NCBI GenBank assembly: GCA_944324205.1
Contig: CALUVK010000001.1
Coordinates: forward strand, 1 to 32,839
Direction of reading: 5' to 3'
DNA length: 32,839 nt
Origin: Candidatus Gastranaerophilales bacterium
Lineage (GTDB): Bacteria > Cyanobacteriota > Vampirovibrionia > Gastranaerophilales > Gastranaerophilaceae
The notes under the pieces were generated by a model. The model saw only the letters and a list, made by a program, of their open reading frames with translations, had not been told where the DNA came from and did not search any database. Shown one piece after another: positions 1 through 9,245 of the stretch (position 1 is its first letter; each line of letters starts with the position of its first letter). The position numbers and the translations under genes were made by a program.

Positions 1-1
1 A

Positions 2-661
2 AGTTCTAGCACGGAGAATAATGACAATAAAGAAGATAAAGAATATTATTGCCCTGGAGATAATTACAGAGGATATACTTTAATATCTTTTGACTATCGT
101 AGTAACTATACTAAAATTGACAAAAATAATACCAGTAACTATGATAATGGTTATGTAATTGAAATGCTTTTTTTTAATCAACACGGTTTTACGCTTAATC
201 AACACGATAAGAATGGTAATCTCCTCTACATTCCATACCCTTTTATAATAAATAAAAACTATGATGCTATTACAATTTGTGAAAAAAAAGAACGCCACTA
301 TTGTTCTGGTAAGATACCTATGCAAAATCCTGTAACTAAAAAATGCTTAATGGAACCTTATTTTGGTGCAATTTGTAAACATGAAGTACCAATAACTAAA
401 GCAGATATAGAGTACGCATTAGCTTATGCGGAAAAAAATTTTAATAGTAATGTCTTTTATTTAAGTATTTATGACCCAATGCCAGGGTATTTACACTTTT
501 TACCGGATACCATAGTTACCAATTCAAACTTAATAGATACACAAGGTTATAGTTACTTTTTAACGCAAATGTTTGGAACTGATAGGAATAATATATATAT
601 GGATCCTGAGTGTACTCCCAAAGAAGGCTTTGATACATACATAGATACATATTTGGAATGA
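2..661 (+). CDS. 3' part of a hypothetical protein (starts upstream of the window); Cys/Tyr/Asn-rich C-terminal domain after a charged linker
   Basis: The frame of ORF 164..661 is open back to position 2 (SSSTENNDNKEDKEYYCPGDNYRG...), so ATG 164 is probably internal; stop TGA ends at 661. Confidence 0.7.
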   Translation, partial: SSSTENNDNKEDKEYYCPGDNYRGYTLISFDYRSNYTKIDKNNTSNYDNGYVIEMLFFNQHGFTLNQHDKNGNLLYIPYPFIINKNYDAITICEKKERHYCSGKIPMQNPVTKKCLMEPYFGAICKHEVPITKADIEYALAYAEKNFNSNVFYLSIYDPMPGYLHFLPDTIVTNSNLIDTQGYSYFLTQMFGTDRNNIYMDPECTPKEGFDTYIDTYLE

Positions 662-742
662 TTTGTTAATAAGGTATAAAAATTGTAATAAGGTAAGTTT
701 TGCATTTATAAAAAAAGAATATTTTTAAATTTTTCTCAATGC

Positions 743-1026
743 TAAAAATTTAAAATAATAATTAATATAATAAGATATAAATTAATTTATATATATAAAT
801 TCTTAATCTTCTTCTTAAGCTGTTACTATTTGTTCAAAACTATCTGAAACTATTATGAATACTCCATTTATTCATGTTCAAAACTTGTAAAAAAGATGTA
901 GAAAACTTGAAAGTTTTGAACATTTTTGAACATAAAAAATAAAATTTTTCTTTTTATTTATAAAAAATGTAGAAACATGTTCATAACTCAAAAGTTATAA
1001 ACATGTTTTCTACACACTTTTGAACA
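743..1026. other. Candidate chromosomal replication origin (oriC): AT-rich DUE plus a cluster of DnaA-box-like 9-mers
   Basis: 743-801 has one G in 59 bp. 9-mers of type TTWTNWACA lie on the minus strand at 831, 875, 886, 897, 968 (GTTTCTACA) and 978, and on the plus strand at 914, 924, 995, 1006 and 1018. Confidence 0.6.
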
Positions 1027-1086
1027 TTTCACATAATTTATTTTTATAGTATAATCACCATATAATTTTTTAATTAGGAGAAACAA

Positions 1087-2028
1087 ATGAAAGTAAGCGT
1101 AAAAGTACCGGCAACATCGGCAAATATAGGCCCAGGATTTGACTGTCTTGGTTTGGCGCTTCCTATATATAATACAATTACCATAGAAGAAACAGTTTTG
1201 CCCGGAACAGGAATTGAAATTAATATGATGTCCGAAGATGAAGATGTCGTAGATGAAATGAGTTTTGATGATATTCCAAAAGATGAGAATAATATTGTTT
1301 ATAAAGCTGTAGAAATGCTTTATAATTCTATCGGTCAGGAACCTTCAGAATTAAAGATAAATATTCAATCTCAAATACCTATAACAAGAGGATTAGGAAG
1401 TTCTGCAGCAGTAATAGTAGGCGGTCTTATTGCAGCAAATAAATTATTAGGTTCACCTGCTGACGAAACAGCACTTCTTTCTATTGCAACAGAAGTTGAA
1501 GGGCATCCTGATAATGTTGCTCCTGCTATTTTAGGCGGTTTTGTTTTATCTTCTCAGGAAGATGACGGATCTATTGTATATAGAAAATTGCCGTGGCCGC
1601 AGGAGTGGGATATTACTGTTTGTATTCCGGACTTTGAGCTTTCTACAAATATTGCACGCTCTGTTTTACCGCAAACAGTTCCAATGCAAGATGCTGTATA
1701 TAATGCTAAACATCTTGCTATGCTGGTTGAAGCTGTAAATACAAAAGATGAAAAGCTTATGAAAATTGCTCTTCAAGATAAATTACATCAGCCCTACAGA
1801 GAAAAGTTAGTTCCCGGTATGAAAGATATCATGGAAGCTTTTAAACACGAAGATGGAATACTTGGCTGTGTTTTATCGGGTGCAGGCCCATCTATGTTAG
1901 TTATTTCTCATAAATATGATTTGGATAAAATTAAATCAATTGTAAGAGAAATTTGGGAACCACAAAGCATAAAAGTTGATATAAGAACTTTAAAAGTAGA
2001 ACAAAAAGGTGCAGAAATTTTAGAATAA
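1087..2028 (+). CDS. thrB: Homoserine kinase
   Basis: VPATSANIGPGFDCLG, GHMP motif PITRGLGSSAA, EGHPDNVAPA, SGAGPS; RBS AGGAG upstream. Confidence 0.97.
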   Translation: MKVSVKVPATSANIGPGFDCLGLALPIYNTITIEETVLPGTGIEINMMSEDEDVVDEMSFDDIPKDENNIVYKAVEMLYNSIGQEPSELKINIQSQIPITRGLGSSAAVIVGGLIAANKLLGSPADETALLSIATEVEGHPDNVAPAILGGFVLSSQEDDGSIVYRKLPWPQEWDITVCIPDFELSTNIARSVLPQTVPMQDAVYNAKHLAMLVEAVNTKDEKLMKIALQDKLHQPYREKLVPGMKDIMEAFKHEDGILGCVLSGAGPSMLVISHKYDLDKIKSIVREIWEPQSIKVDIRTLKVEQKGAEILE

Positions 2029-2045
2029 AAGCTTATTAAAAAAAT

Positions 2046-3047
2046 CTACATATCAGTGATTATGATTCTTTTATCAGAAGTTATTTTGTCTATATTTAAA
2101 ATTGTATATAATGTATCATTATAAATAAATTCATTTGAGAAATAACCATCTCCTGGTTCTAACAAATCATTTTCCTGAAATTCAAAAAGTTCATTAATTT
2201 TATCTATTAAAAGTGCAAGTTTTAATTCGTTGCATTTTATTATAATTACCGGTTTCTTATCATTTGGAGTTCCTGCTTCAAGACCAAGAAATTTTTTAAG
2301 ATTTATAACTGTAATATAATCTCCGCGAAGATTCATAATTCCTTCTATAAAATTAGGAATTCCTGGAACATTTGTAATAGAAGTGTCTTTTAAAACTTCT
2401 TTAACAAAATCAAGTGCTATGCAATAATAATCATTATTGAGATTAAATGATATATATTTATTTTTTGCGTGTAATTCGCCTGAAGCAAGTTTTAAACTAG
2501 ATTTATCCGCAATAGCTAATGTTCTTTTGGACATTATTGATTTAGAATTTTCATCCTGTGGAAATAAAGATAAAATATCAACTTCTGCCCAATTATTATC
2601 ATGTTGTTTTAATAAATTTTCAATGGCATAAATATTAATAACAAAAATAGTTTCCTGATTAAATTTATAAAGAGAATCAATTACCATTTTGTTATCTACA
2701 AAAGGTATTGCATCCATCTGAGCAGTATCAAAAGGAAGAATACCAATAACTTTGTCTGTAATTATTCCAAAAATTACTTCATCTGTTTTTACTATTAAAA
2801 GTTCATTATGAGTAGTATAAGAAGGAACTTCTATATTTAAATAAAATCTAATATCAACAACGTTAATAACAAAATTATTGTATTTTAAGAGTCCGACAAT
2901 ATTGTTTGGTAACTTTTGCGGATAATCCAAGGCAGGCAGTTTCATAATTTCAAGAATATTATCTGAATTTATTGCGTACTTATTTTCACCTATTTGAAAA
3001 TACAAGTGTGTATTCTTTTTTTGTTCAATTAAATTATTGTTGCTCAT
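2046..3047 (-). CDS. cheW: Tandem double-CheW coupling protein
   Basis: Two CheW-like domains (YFQIGENKYAI...EIMK...GLLKYNNFVINVVD; ISFNLNNDYYCI...VKEV...GIMNLRGDYITVINL). Confidence 0.88.
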   Translation of the reverse strand: MSNNNLIEQKKNTHLYFQIGENKYAINSDNILEIMKLPALDYPQKLPNNIVGLLKYNNFVINVVDIRFYLNIEVPSYTTHNELLIVKTDEVIFGIITDKVIGILPFDTAQMDAIPFVDNKMVIDSLYKFNQETIFVINIYAIENLLKQHDNNWAEVDILSLFPQDENSKSIMSKRTLAIADKSSLKLASGELHAKNKYISFNLNNDYYCIALDFVKEVLKDTSITNVPGIPNFIEGIMNLRGDYITVINLKKFLGLEAGTPNDKKPVIIIKCNELKLALLIDKINELFEFQENDLLEPGDGYFSNEFIYNDTLYTILNIDKITSDKRIIITDM

Positions 3048-4491
3048 AAAGTACTACTCTATTTCTTCCACTCTCTTTTGCTTTATACAATGCATCGTCT
3101 GCTGACTTTAATATATCAGCAGGAGTATTAAACTCAGGATAGTTCATCGTAAGTCCGATACTTACAGTAACTTTTGCCTTAACATTATTATAATCAAAGT
3201 CATATTCTTCAACCATTCTTCTGAGTCTTTGAACAGGAATAATTGCCCCTTCTATATTAGTTTCCGGCATAATCATAACAAGTTCTTCCCCACCGTATCT
3301 GTAAAGCAGGTCAGTCTTTCTAAATGCTGATTTCATTAAATCTGCAACAGTTTTGAGCACATAATCTCCATATTGATGCCCGTATGTATCATTAACTTTT
3401 TTAAAGAAATCAATGTCAAGAATAGCAAGACTGAAATCAGAAGGATGTCGTTTAGTACGATTGTGTTCTTGTTCCAAACTTATTTCAAATTGTCTTCTGT
3501 TATATAATCCGGTAAGTCCGTCAAGAACAGACATAAATTCTTTTTCTGTATATTGATATTTCATTTTAAATATTGCAAGCAATTCACTTATCATAATGTC
3601 AAAGTATCTAAATGAAGCATAATCCATATCTTGACGGGTATAAAAACAAATTCCTCCAATTAATTTTTTGTCAAAAATCAATGGAATAATTATTTTTGAT
3701 TTTAAATCTGTAAATTGATAACCAAGTTCTTTTCCTAAAAGTATTCTAACAACTTCAAATTTACTGTTCTTAAAGGTTTTGAACTCTTCCATTTTTCTAA
3801 AAAAATCATATTGTATATCAGAAAGCAGGTTTTTACTTAAATTTTTCCCTAAAGTATCAATATACAAAATGTTTTCAGCAAAATCATCCGGAGATGCAAA
3901 AAATATTCCTGCAACACTGTATTCTACAAAGGAGCTTAAAAGAGAAAACAATTTTTCTACAAGTACTCTTTCATAATTTAAAAAGTCACTTAAATTTCTA
4001 AATTCATTTGCAAACACTGATTTTAAAAGTAAATCATTTAAAATAGTATTTAAACGTGTTTGTGCGACATTATCTGATTTAGACTTAAGTGCAAGTGTTG
4101 TTTTATACTCTTGCGTAAGTGGATATCTTCTTAAAGTGGCGTTAATATTTCTGACCAATTCATCCATATTAATTGATTTTGAAAGAAATAATTGTGCACC
4201 GGCTTTTTTGCCCCAAAAACTGTCTATTTTTTTGTCCAATACTGTTAAGAGAACTACGGGAATTTTTTTTGTTTCATCAACATTTTTAATCATTCTGCAT
4301 AATTGATAACCATCAATTACAGGCATAAGAATATCTGAAACAATAATATCCGGAATATATTCAAATACTTTTTTATAAGCCTCGGCTCCATTTGAAGCTG
4401 TTTCTACCTCAAAACCATTTTGAATAAGCCCGTCTTTTAAAAACTTTAACTGTGTTTCGCTATCTTCTACCAATAAAATTTTTGATGTCAT
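3034..4491 (-). CDS. Response-regulator diguanylate cyclase (REC - central GAF-like region - GGDEF), WspR/PleD-like
   Basis: N-terminal REC (ILLVEDS, DILMP, K); C-terminal DGLTGLYNRR, DIDFFKKVNDTYGH, I-site RKTD, active-site variant GGEEL. Confidence 0.92.
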   Translation of the reverse strand: MTSKILLVEDSETQLKFLKDGLIQNGFEVETASNGAEAYKKVFEYIPDIIVSDILMPVIDGYQLCRMIKNVDETKKIPVVLLTVLDKKIDSFWGKKAGAQLFLSKSINMDELVRNINATLRRYPLTQEYKTTLALKSKSDNVAQTRLNTILNDLLLKSVFANEFRNLSDFLNYERVLVEKLFSLLSSFVEYSVAGIFFASPDDFAENILYIDTLGKNLSKNLLSDIQYDFFRKMEEFKTFKNSKFEVVRILLGKELGYQFTDLKSKIIIPLIFDKKLIGGICFYTRQDMDYASFRYFDIMISELLAIFKMKYQYTEKEFMSVLDGLTGLYNRRQFEISLEQEHNRTKRHPSDFSLAILDIDFFKKVNDTYGHQYGDYVLKTVADLMKSAFRKTDLLYRYGGEELVMIMPETNIEGAIIPVQRLRRMVEEYDFDYNNVKAKVTVSIGLTMNYPEFNTPADILKSADDALYKAKESGRNRVVLYEQQ

Positions 4492-4574
4492 ATATTCTTG
4501 TATTCCAATTTTATTAATTTTAGTATAAAATGATTATATAATAAATACTTAAAAAAAACTATAGGAGAGATGAC

Positions 4575-5621
4575 GTGCTTAATGAATGGAATTTTGGATT
4601 GAAACAGAAGTTTAATGTTAAATGTATAATAGATATGGTAGTCTTTGTATTCGCGTGTGTTTTGTTTTTGTTTTTTGCAAAAATAAATAAAGTTGCGCCG
4701 TATGAAACATTTATATTTTTAGCGGTAATTATTGCAATGAATGCAATGGCACATTTTATTACTAAGCAATGGATTTTAAAAGCTATTAAAAAGTCTTTTA
4801 CAGTTCAATCGGATTCTCTTTCAGCAACAACTGATGAGATTATGGATACAATTAATTCTCAAAAACGAATATTTGAAACTCTTTCAGCAAACACAAAGAA
4901 CATTTCTCTGCTTATAGAAAAATTGAAAACACTTTCGGAAGATTCGGTTAATACGTCTAAAAATACAGAAAAACAAGTAAGTCAATCTATTAATTTTTCT
5001 CAAAAAGAGCATGAAGCAATTTCTGCGAATGCAGATAAAATGCTCGTTTTAAGACAAAAAATTCAAATGATAGCAGAGCTTATTTTAGAGCTTTCCGAAC
5101 ATTCTCAACAAATTGGTAATACAATAGGAGTTGTTGATGATATAGCAGAACAAACTAACATGCTTGCTCTGAATGCTGCAGTAGAAGCAGCACGTGCTGG
5201 CGAGCATGGTAAAGGTTTTGCAGTTGTAGCTGGAGAAATCAGAAAACTTGCGGATGAATCAAAACAAGCCATTACAAAGATAACATCTCTTACAAGTAAT
5301 ATTCAATTTACAACAAATTCTACAGTTATGGCAACAGAAGAAGGTTCAAAAGAAATTGAAACTGTTGTTAAAGATATTAATGCTGTTTCTGCCAATTCAG
5401 AAACACTTCTTAACTTAATTAAAGAAATACTTGATTCTTTAGAAATTTTAAATCAAAATGCCAAAAAGCAGAATGATATTATTGAAAGATTAAATATAAT
5501 TGATGAAGAAAATACCGGAATTGCAGAAACACTTATGCAAGCGATGAGTTCTAACAGTGAAAAAATTTCGAAATTAAACAGTCTTTCTGAAGATATTAAA
5601 CAATCTGCAATAGAAGGATAA
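4575..5621 (+). CDS. Methyl-accepting chemotaxis protein with two closely spaced TM helices and no evident periplasmic sensor domain
   Basis: Signalling tip [37 protein letters not shown]; two hydrophobic stretches about 10 aa apart; GTG start with AGGAG RBS at 4563. Confidence 0.92.
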   Translation: MLNEWNFGLKQKFNVKCIIDMVVFVFACVLFLFFAKINKVAPYETFIFLAVIIAMNAMAHFITKQWILKAIKKSFTVQSDSLSATTDEIMDTINSQKRIFETLSANTKNISLLIEKLKTLSEDSVNTSKNTEKQVSQSINFSQKEHEAISANADKMLVLRQKIQMIAELILELSEHSQQIGNTIGVVDDIAEQTNMLALNAAVEAARAGEHGKGFAVVAGEIRKLADESKQAITKITSLTSNIQFTTNSTVMATEEGSKEIETVVKDINAVSANSETLLNLIKEILDSLEILNQNAKKQNDIIERLNIIDEENTGIAETLMQAMSSNSEKISKLNSLSEDIKQSAIEG

Positions 5622-5677
5622 GAAGTTAACTGTAAAGTAATTTTCAAAATAATATTACACCGGAGTAAGTAAATAAA

Positions 5678-8650
5678 TTGGATTTCACGGATAACGAAAA
5701 TACTAATAAAGAAGTAATGGCAATCTTTCAGGCAGAGTCTGAAGAGATTCTTGAACGTATTTTTAATAATCTTTTTTCATTAGAGGATACACCTGCCAAT
5801 AAAGAACTTATCGGTTCCATTTATCGTGATTTGCACAGTCTTAAAGGCGCTGTGAGAATGGTTGGATTTAATAATATCCAAACAATTTTTCACAAAATGG
5901 AAGATATTTTTGATGCAGTTAATAACGATAGATATGTATTAGAACCTGAAGTTATAAGAATGATGTCGCGTTCTTTGGAAACAGCATCGAAATATCTACA
6001 AGAGTCTGTTAAAAATGAACGGGAAATAATTGATGATGATTTTAATAAAGTAATTTCTGATCTTGAATATTTAACAGACATTGAATTAAAAGAAGCGGCA
6101 GAAAAACCTCAGCAGGAAATAACATCAATTGCGTCTATTGCGGCTGCTGATTTGGCTCAAGACAAACTTGCTGCATATCAAGAAGAAATTAATTTTGCAT
6201 TCAATAATTGCTTTGAAATTATTGACAGTATTGTTCCGGAAGAAGAATCACAAGATATAGTTATTCTAAAAGAAGAAGTACAAAAAATTTATGAATTCTT
6301 TAAAGATACTAATTTATATGAAGTAAAAAGTGCTTTAGAAAATATTCTTACTAAAATAGATTTTGTAATGAATGCAACTAATACACTTACTATAAGTGAA
6401 ATTTTAGAACTAAGAAATGAATTAAGTTCAGTTGCTGCAAAATATAATACTTCTTGTATAGAGACGGAAAATTCCGGACTTTCTTTCTTTGATGTTGCAG
6501 AAAAAATTACCATGCTTCAGGGAAGCAGTGTTTATACAAAAGAAATAAAAGAAGACATACTTAAGCTGAAAGAAAATATTGATGACAATAATATTCTTGA
6601 AGTTGTTAATATGATTTTGGAAATTCTGGATTTTATCTTAGATAATTCTGTCCAGCTTGAAGAACAAATGATGCTTACACTAAAAAGTGCGGTTGAATAT
6701 TGTGCTTCACCGAGTGAAAGCGTCGATAGTGATTTAATTGTACAGCAACTGGAAATTATGAAACAGCTGCTGGAATTGAATTATAAAAAAGATACCGGTG
6801 TCAGTGAAATAAAAAGTCTTTCTACCCAGACATCATCAGGTGGCGGCAAATCATCTTCTTCTACAGAGATTAAAACCTTGCATGTTAACGCTCAAAAACT
6901 TGACTTGCTTGTTAATCAACTTGGTGAATTAATTATTACCAAGATTAAAACCGAAAAAAATCTTGAAAAAATTGATAATATAAAAGTTGTTAATGAAAAC
7001 TGTCAGAAAGATTTATTGAAAACATCAAATTATTTGAGATACTATAATCGTAAATATTTACAAACAGGCGCAACTGAACAATATACGAGTGCTTTTGTAA
7101 AACAAGTTTTTTCACTTTTATCAGATATTACGCAGAATGTTTCCAGAACAATATATGACCTGAATTCTCTTTATCGTTCATCAAAAGAAGATGATATGAA
7201 AATGAGGTTAATTATAGATGAAATGGAATCTATGGTTAAAAATATCCGTGTTTTGCCTATTTCAACAGTATTTAATTCTTTTACAAGAATGGTAAGAGAT
7301 ATTGCAAATGAAAAAGGTAAAGATATAGACTTTGAAATAGAAGGTAAAGATACATGTGCCGATAAAAAAATTATAGAAGAAATTAAAACACCTTTGATTC
7401 ATATTTTAAGAAATGCGATAGATCATGGTATCGAGACAAAAGAAGAAAGAATAGCCAATGGCAAAAATCCTGTCGGAAGAATACTTCTTTCTGCTAAGCA
7501 GGATGATAATAAGGTTATTATTGAAGTTATGGATGACGGGCATGGATTTAATCTTGAAAAGATAAAGGATCGTGCTGTGTCACGCGGATTTCTTACTCAA
7601 GAAGAAATTGATTCAATGAGTGATGAAGCTATAATGAATATTATATTTTGGCCGGGATTCACTACCGGAGACTCTATTACAAGTATTTCAGGACGCGGTA
7701 TCGGGTTGGATGTTGTTAAAACAAAAATATCACAACTTAATGGTAAAGTTAAAGTTATTTCAGAATTTGGAAAAGGGAGTTGTGTACATATTGAAATACC
7801 TGTTACATTAACTACTTTGAGAGTATTTTTAGTCAAAATTTCAGAACAGATTTTTGCTATCCCTATTCAGGTTATAACAACATTTATTTTGAAAAATCAA
7901 AATGAAATAAAAACAAATAATGGTTTGCGTTCTATAGTTTATAACGATAATATTATTCCACTTTATTATCTTTCAGATATATTGCAGCTAAAACCTGTTC
8001 CCAGAGGAGAAAAAGAAACAATTCTCATTATTGATGCAGATGATAAAACGATAGGACTTGTTGTTGATAAACTTCTTGGCGATCAGGATATTTTACAGAA
8101 GAAACTTTCTCCACCTTTGTATAAAGTAAAAAATATTTCCGGAATTACAAATCTGGCATCAGGTGAATTGTGTTTGATATTAAATATGCAAGATATAATG
8201 CACTATGACTTTAACAAAGCTATGATATCTGCATCGGTAAATCCTGCGCTTCCGGTTGATATTATGGCTTACAAACGAATTCTAATAGTGGATGATTCTA
8301 TAACAACAAGGACTATGATAAAAAATATTTTGATGAATATAGGTTATTCTGTAGATGCGGTTCTTGATGCACAAGAGGCTTTTGTTAAACTAAAACTTAA
8401 TCATTATGATTTGATAATAACAGATTTAACTATGCCTAAAATAGATGGTTATGAATTTATTGCAAGACTTAAAAATGATGAACTTTATGCTGATATTCCG
8501 ATTGCTGTAATGAGTTCACTTCCTGAAAAAACTGCAACAAAGAGACTTTCTGCATATAAAATAGAATACTATATGCAAAAGGATACATTTAATCAGGTTG
8601 AATTTTTACAGCAAATTAAAAGGATTCTTACAAAATATCATCATACTTAG
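5678..8650 (+). CDS. cheA: CheA-like hybrid histidine kinase (Hpt - helical repeats - dimerisation - HATPase - CheW - REC), WspE-like
   Basis: Hpt RDLHSLKGAVRMVG; HILRNAIDHGIE; DDGHG; GFTT...ISGRGIGLDVVK; CheW domain; C-terminal REC ILIVDDS...DLTMP. Confidence 0.95.
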   Translation: MDFTDNENTNKEVMAIFQAESEEILERIFNNLFSLEDTPANKELIGSIYRDLHSLKGAVRMVGFNNIQTIFHKMEDIFDAVNNDRYVLEPEVIRMMSRSLETASKYLQESVKNEREIIDDDFNKVISDLEYLTDIELKEAAEKPQQEITSIASIAAADLAQDKLAAYQEEINFAFNNCFEIIDSIVPEEESQDIVILKEEVQKIYEFFKDTNLYEVKSALENILTKIDFVMNATNTLTISEILELRNELSSVAAKYNTSCIETENSGLSFFDVAEKITMLQGSSVYTKEIKEDILKLKENIDDNNILEVVNMILEILDFILDNSVQLEEQMMLTLKSAVEYCASPSESVDSDLIVQQLEIMKQLLELNYKKDTGVSEIKSLSTQTSSGGGKSSSSTEIKTLHVNAQKLDLLVNQLGELIITKIKTEKNLEKIDNIKVVNENCQKDLLKTSNYLRYYNRKYLQTGATEQYTSAFVKQVFSLLSDITQNVSRTIYDLNSLYRSSKEDDMKMRLIIDEMESMVKNIRVLPISTVFNSFTRMVRDIANEKGKDIDFEIEGKDTCADKKIIEEIKTPLIHILRNAIDHGIETKEERIANGKNPVGRILLSAKQDDNKVIIEVMDDGHGFNLEKIKDRAVSRGFLTQEEIDSMSDEAIMNIIFWPGFTTGDSITSISGRGIGLDVVKTKISQLNGKVKVISEFGKGSCVHIEIPVTLTTLRVFLVKISEQIFAIPIQVITTFILKNQNEIKTNNGLRSIVYNDNIIPLYYLSDILQLKPVPRGEKETILIIDADDKTIGLVVDKLLGDQDILQKKLSPPLYKVKNISGITNLASGELCLILNMQDIMHYDFNKAMISASVNPALPVDIMAYKRILIVDDSITTRTMIKNILMNIGYSVDAVLDAQEAFVKLKLNHYDLIITDLTMPKIDGYEFIARLKNDELYADIPIAVMSSLPEKTATKRLSAYKIEYYMQKDTFNQVEFLQQIKRILTKYHHT

Positions 8651-9113
8651 AATTAAGATATTTTGCAACCGGTTCTGGTACAAAGTTTCTGATATCGCCC
8701 TTGTTTAAGAGAATTTCTCTTACGCAAGATGAGGAAATAAAATTATATTCAGGTTTTGTTATCAAAAAAACTGTTTTGATGTTATTATAAAGAACCTGAT
8801 TAGTTTGTGAAAGCTGCATTTCATATTCAAAATCAAAAGATGTTCTTAATCCCCTCAATAAAACATCTGCACCCCGTTTTTTAGCATATTCTACAGTTAA
8901 TCCTTGAAAACAATCAACTTCAACATTAGGAATATCTTTTGTACTTTCCTGGATGAGTTTAACTCTTGTCTTTACTGGCAGAAAACCTTCTTTATCAACA
9001 TTATATGCAACTGCTATAATAACTTTTTCAAAAATTTCAGCACCGCTTTTTAGAATATCAATATGTCCGTTTGTAATCGGGTCAAAACTGCCCGGATAGA
9101 TAGCAATAGTCAT
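8628..9113 (-). CDS. coaD: Phosphopantetheine adenylyltransferase
   Basis: YPGSFDPITNGH, RGLR...DFEYE, ISSS; overlaps the convergent cheA 3' end by 23 bp; TGTTATAAT extended -10 and AAGGAG RBS upstream. Confidence 0.97.
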   Translation of the reverse strand: MTIAIYPGSFDPITNGHIDILKSGAEIFEKVIIAVAYNVDKEGFLPVKTRVKLIQESTKDIPNVEVDCFQGLTVEYAKKRGADVLLRGLRTSFDFEYEMQLSQTNQVLYNNIKTVFLITKPEYNFISSSCVREILLNKGDIRNFVPEPVAKYLNSKYDDIL

Positions 9114-9245
9114 TTTATCTCCTTGTATAGAAGGTATTATAACATAGAAAAGAATGATATGACATAAAACTTTTACAGTTATGTATGCTGTAACTTCATT
9201 ATTTCTGTTTTTATGCTAAAATCAAAACAAGTAAGAGGAGAATAT

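Noticed and set aside
80-325. 81-aa minus-strand ORF
   Set aside because: Antisense shadow of the longer open plus-strand frame; no motif.
831-1026. TGTTC/GAACA repeats as LexA (GAAC-N4-GTTC) boxes or a CRISPR array
   Set aside because: Half-site orientation and spacing do not fit SOS boxes; the repeats are 9 bp with no regular spacers and no cas genes are present.
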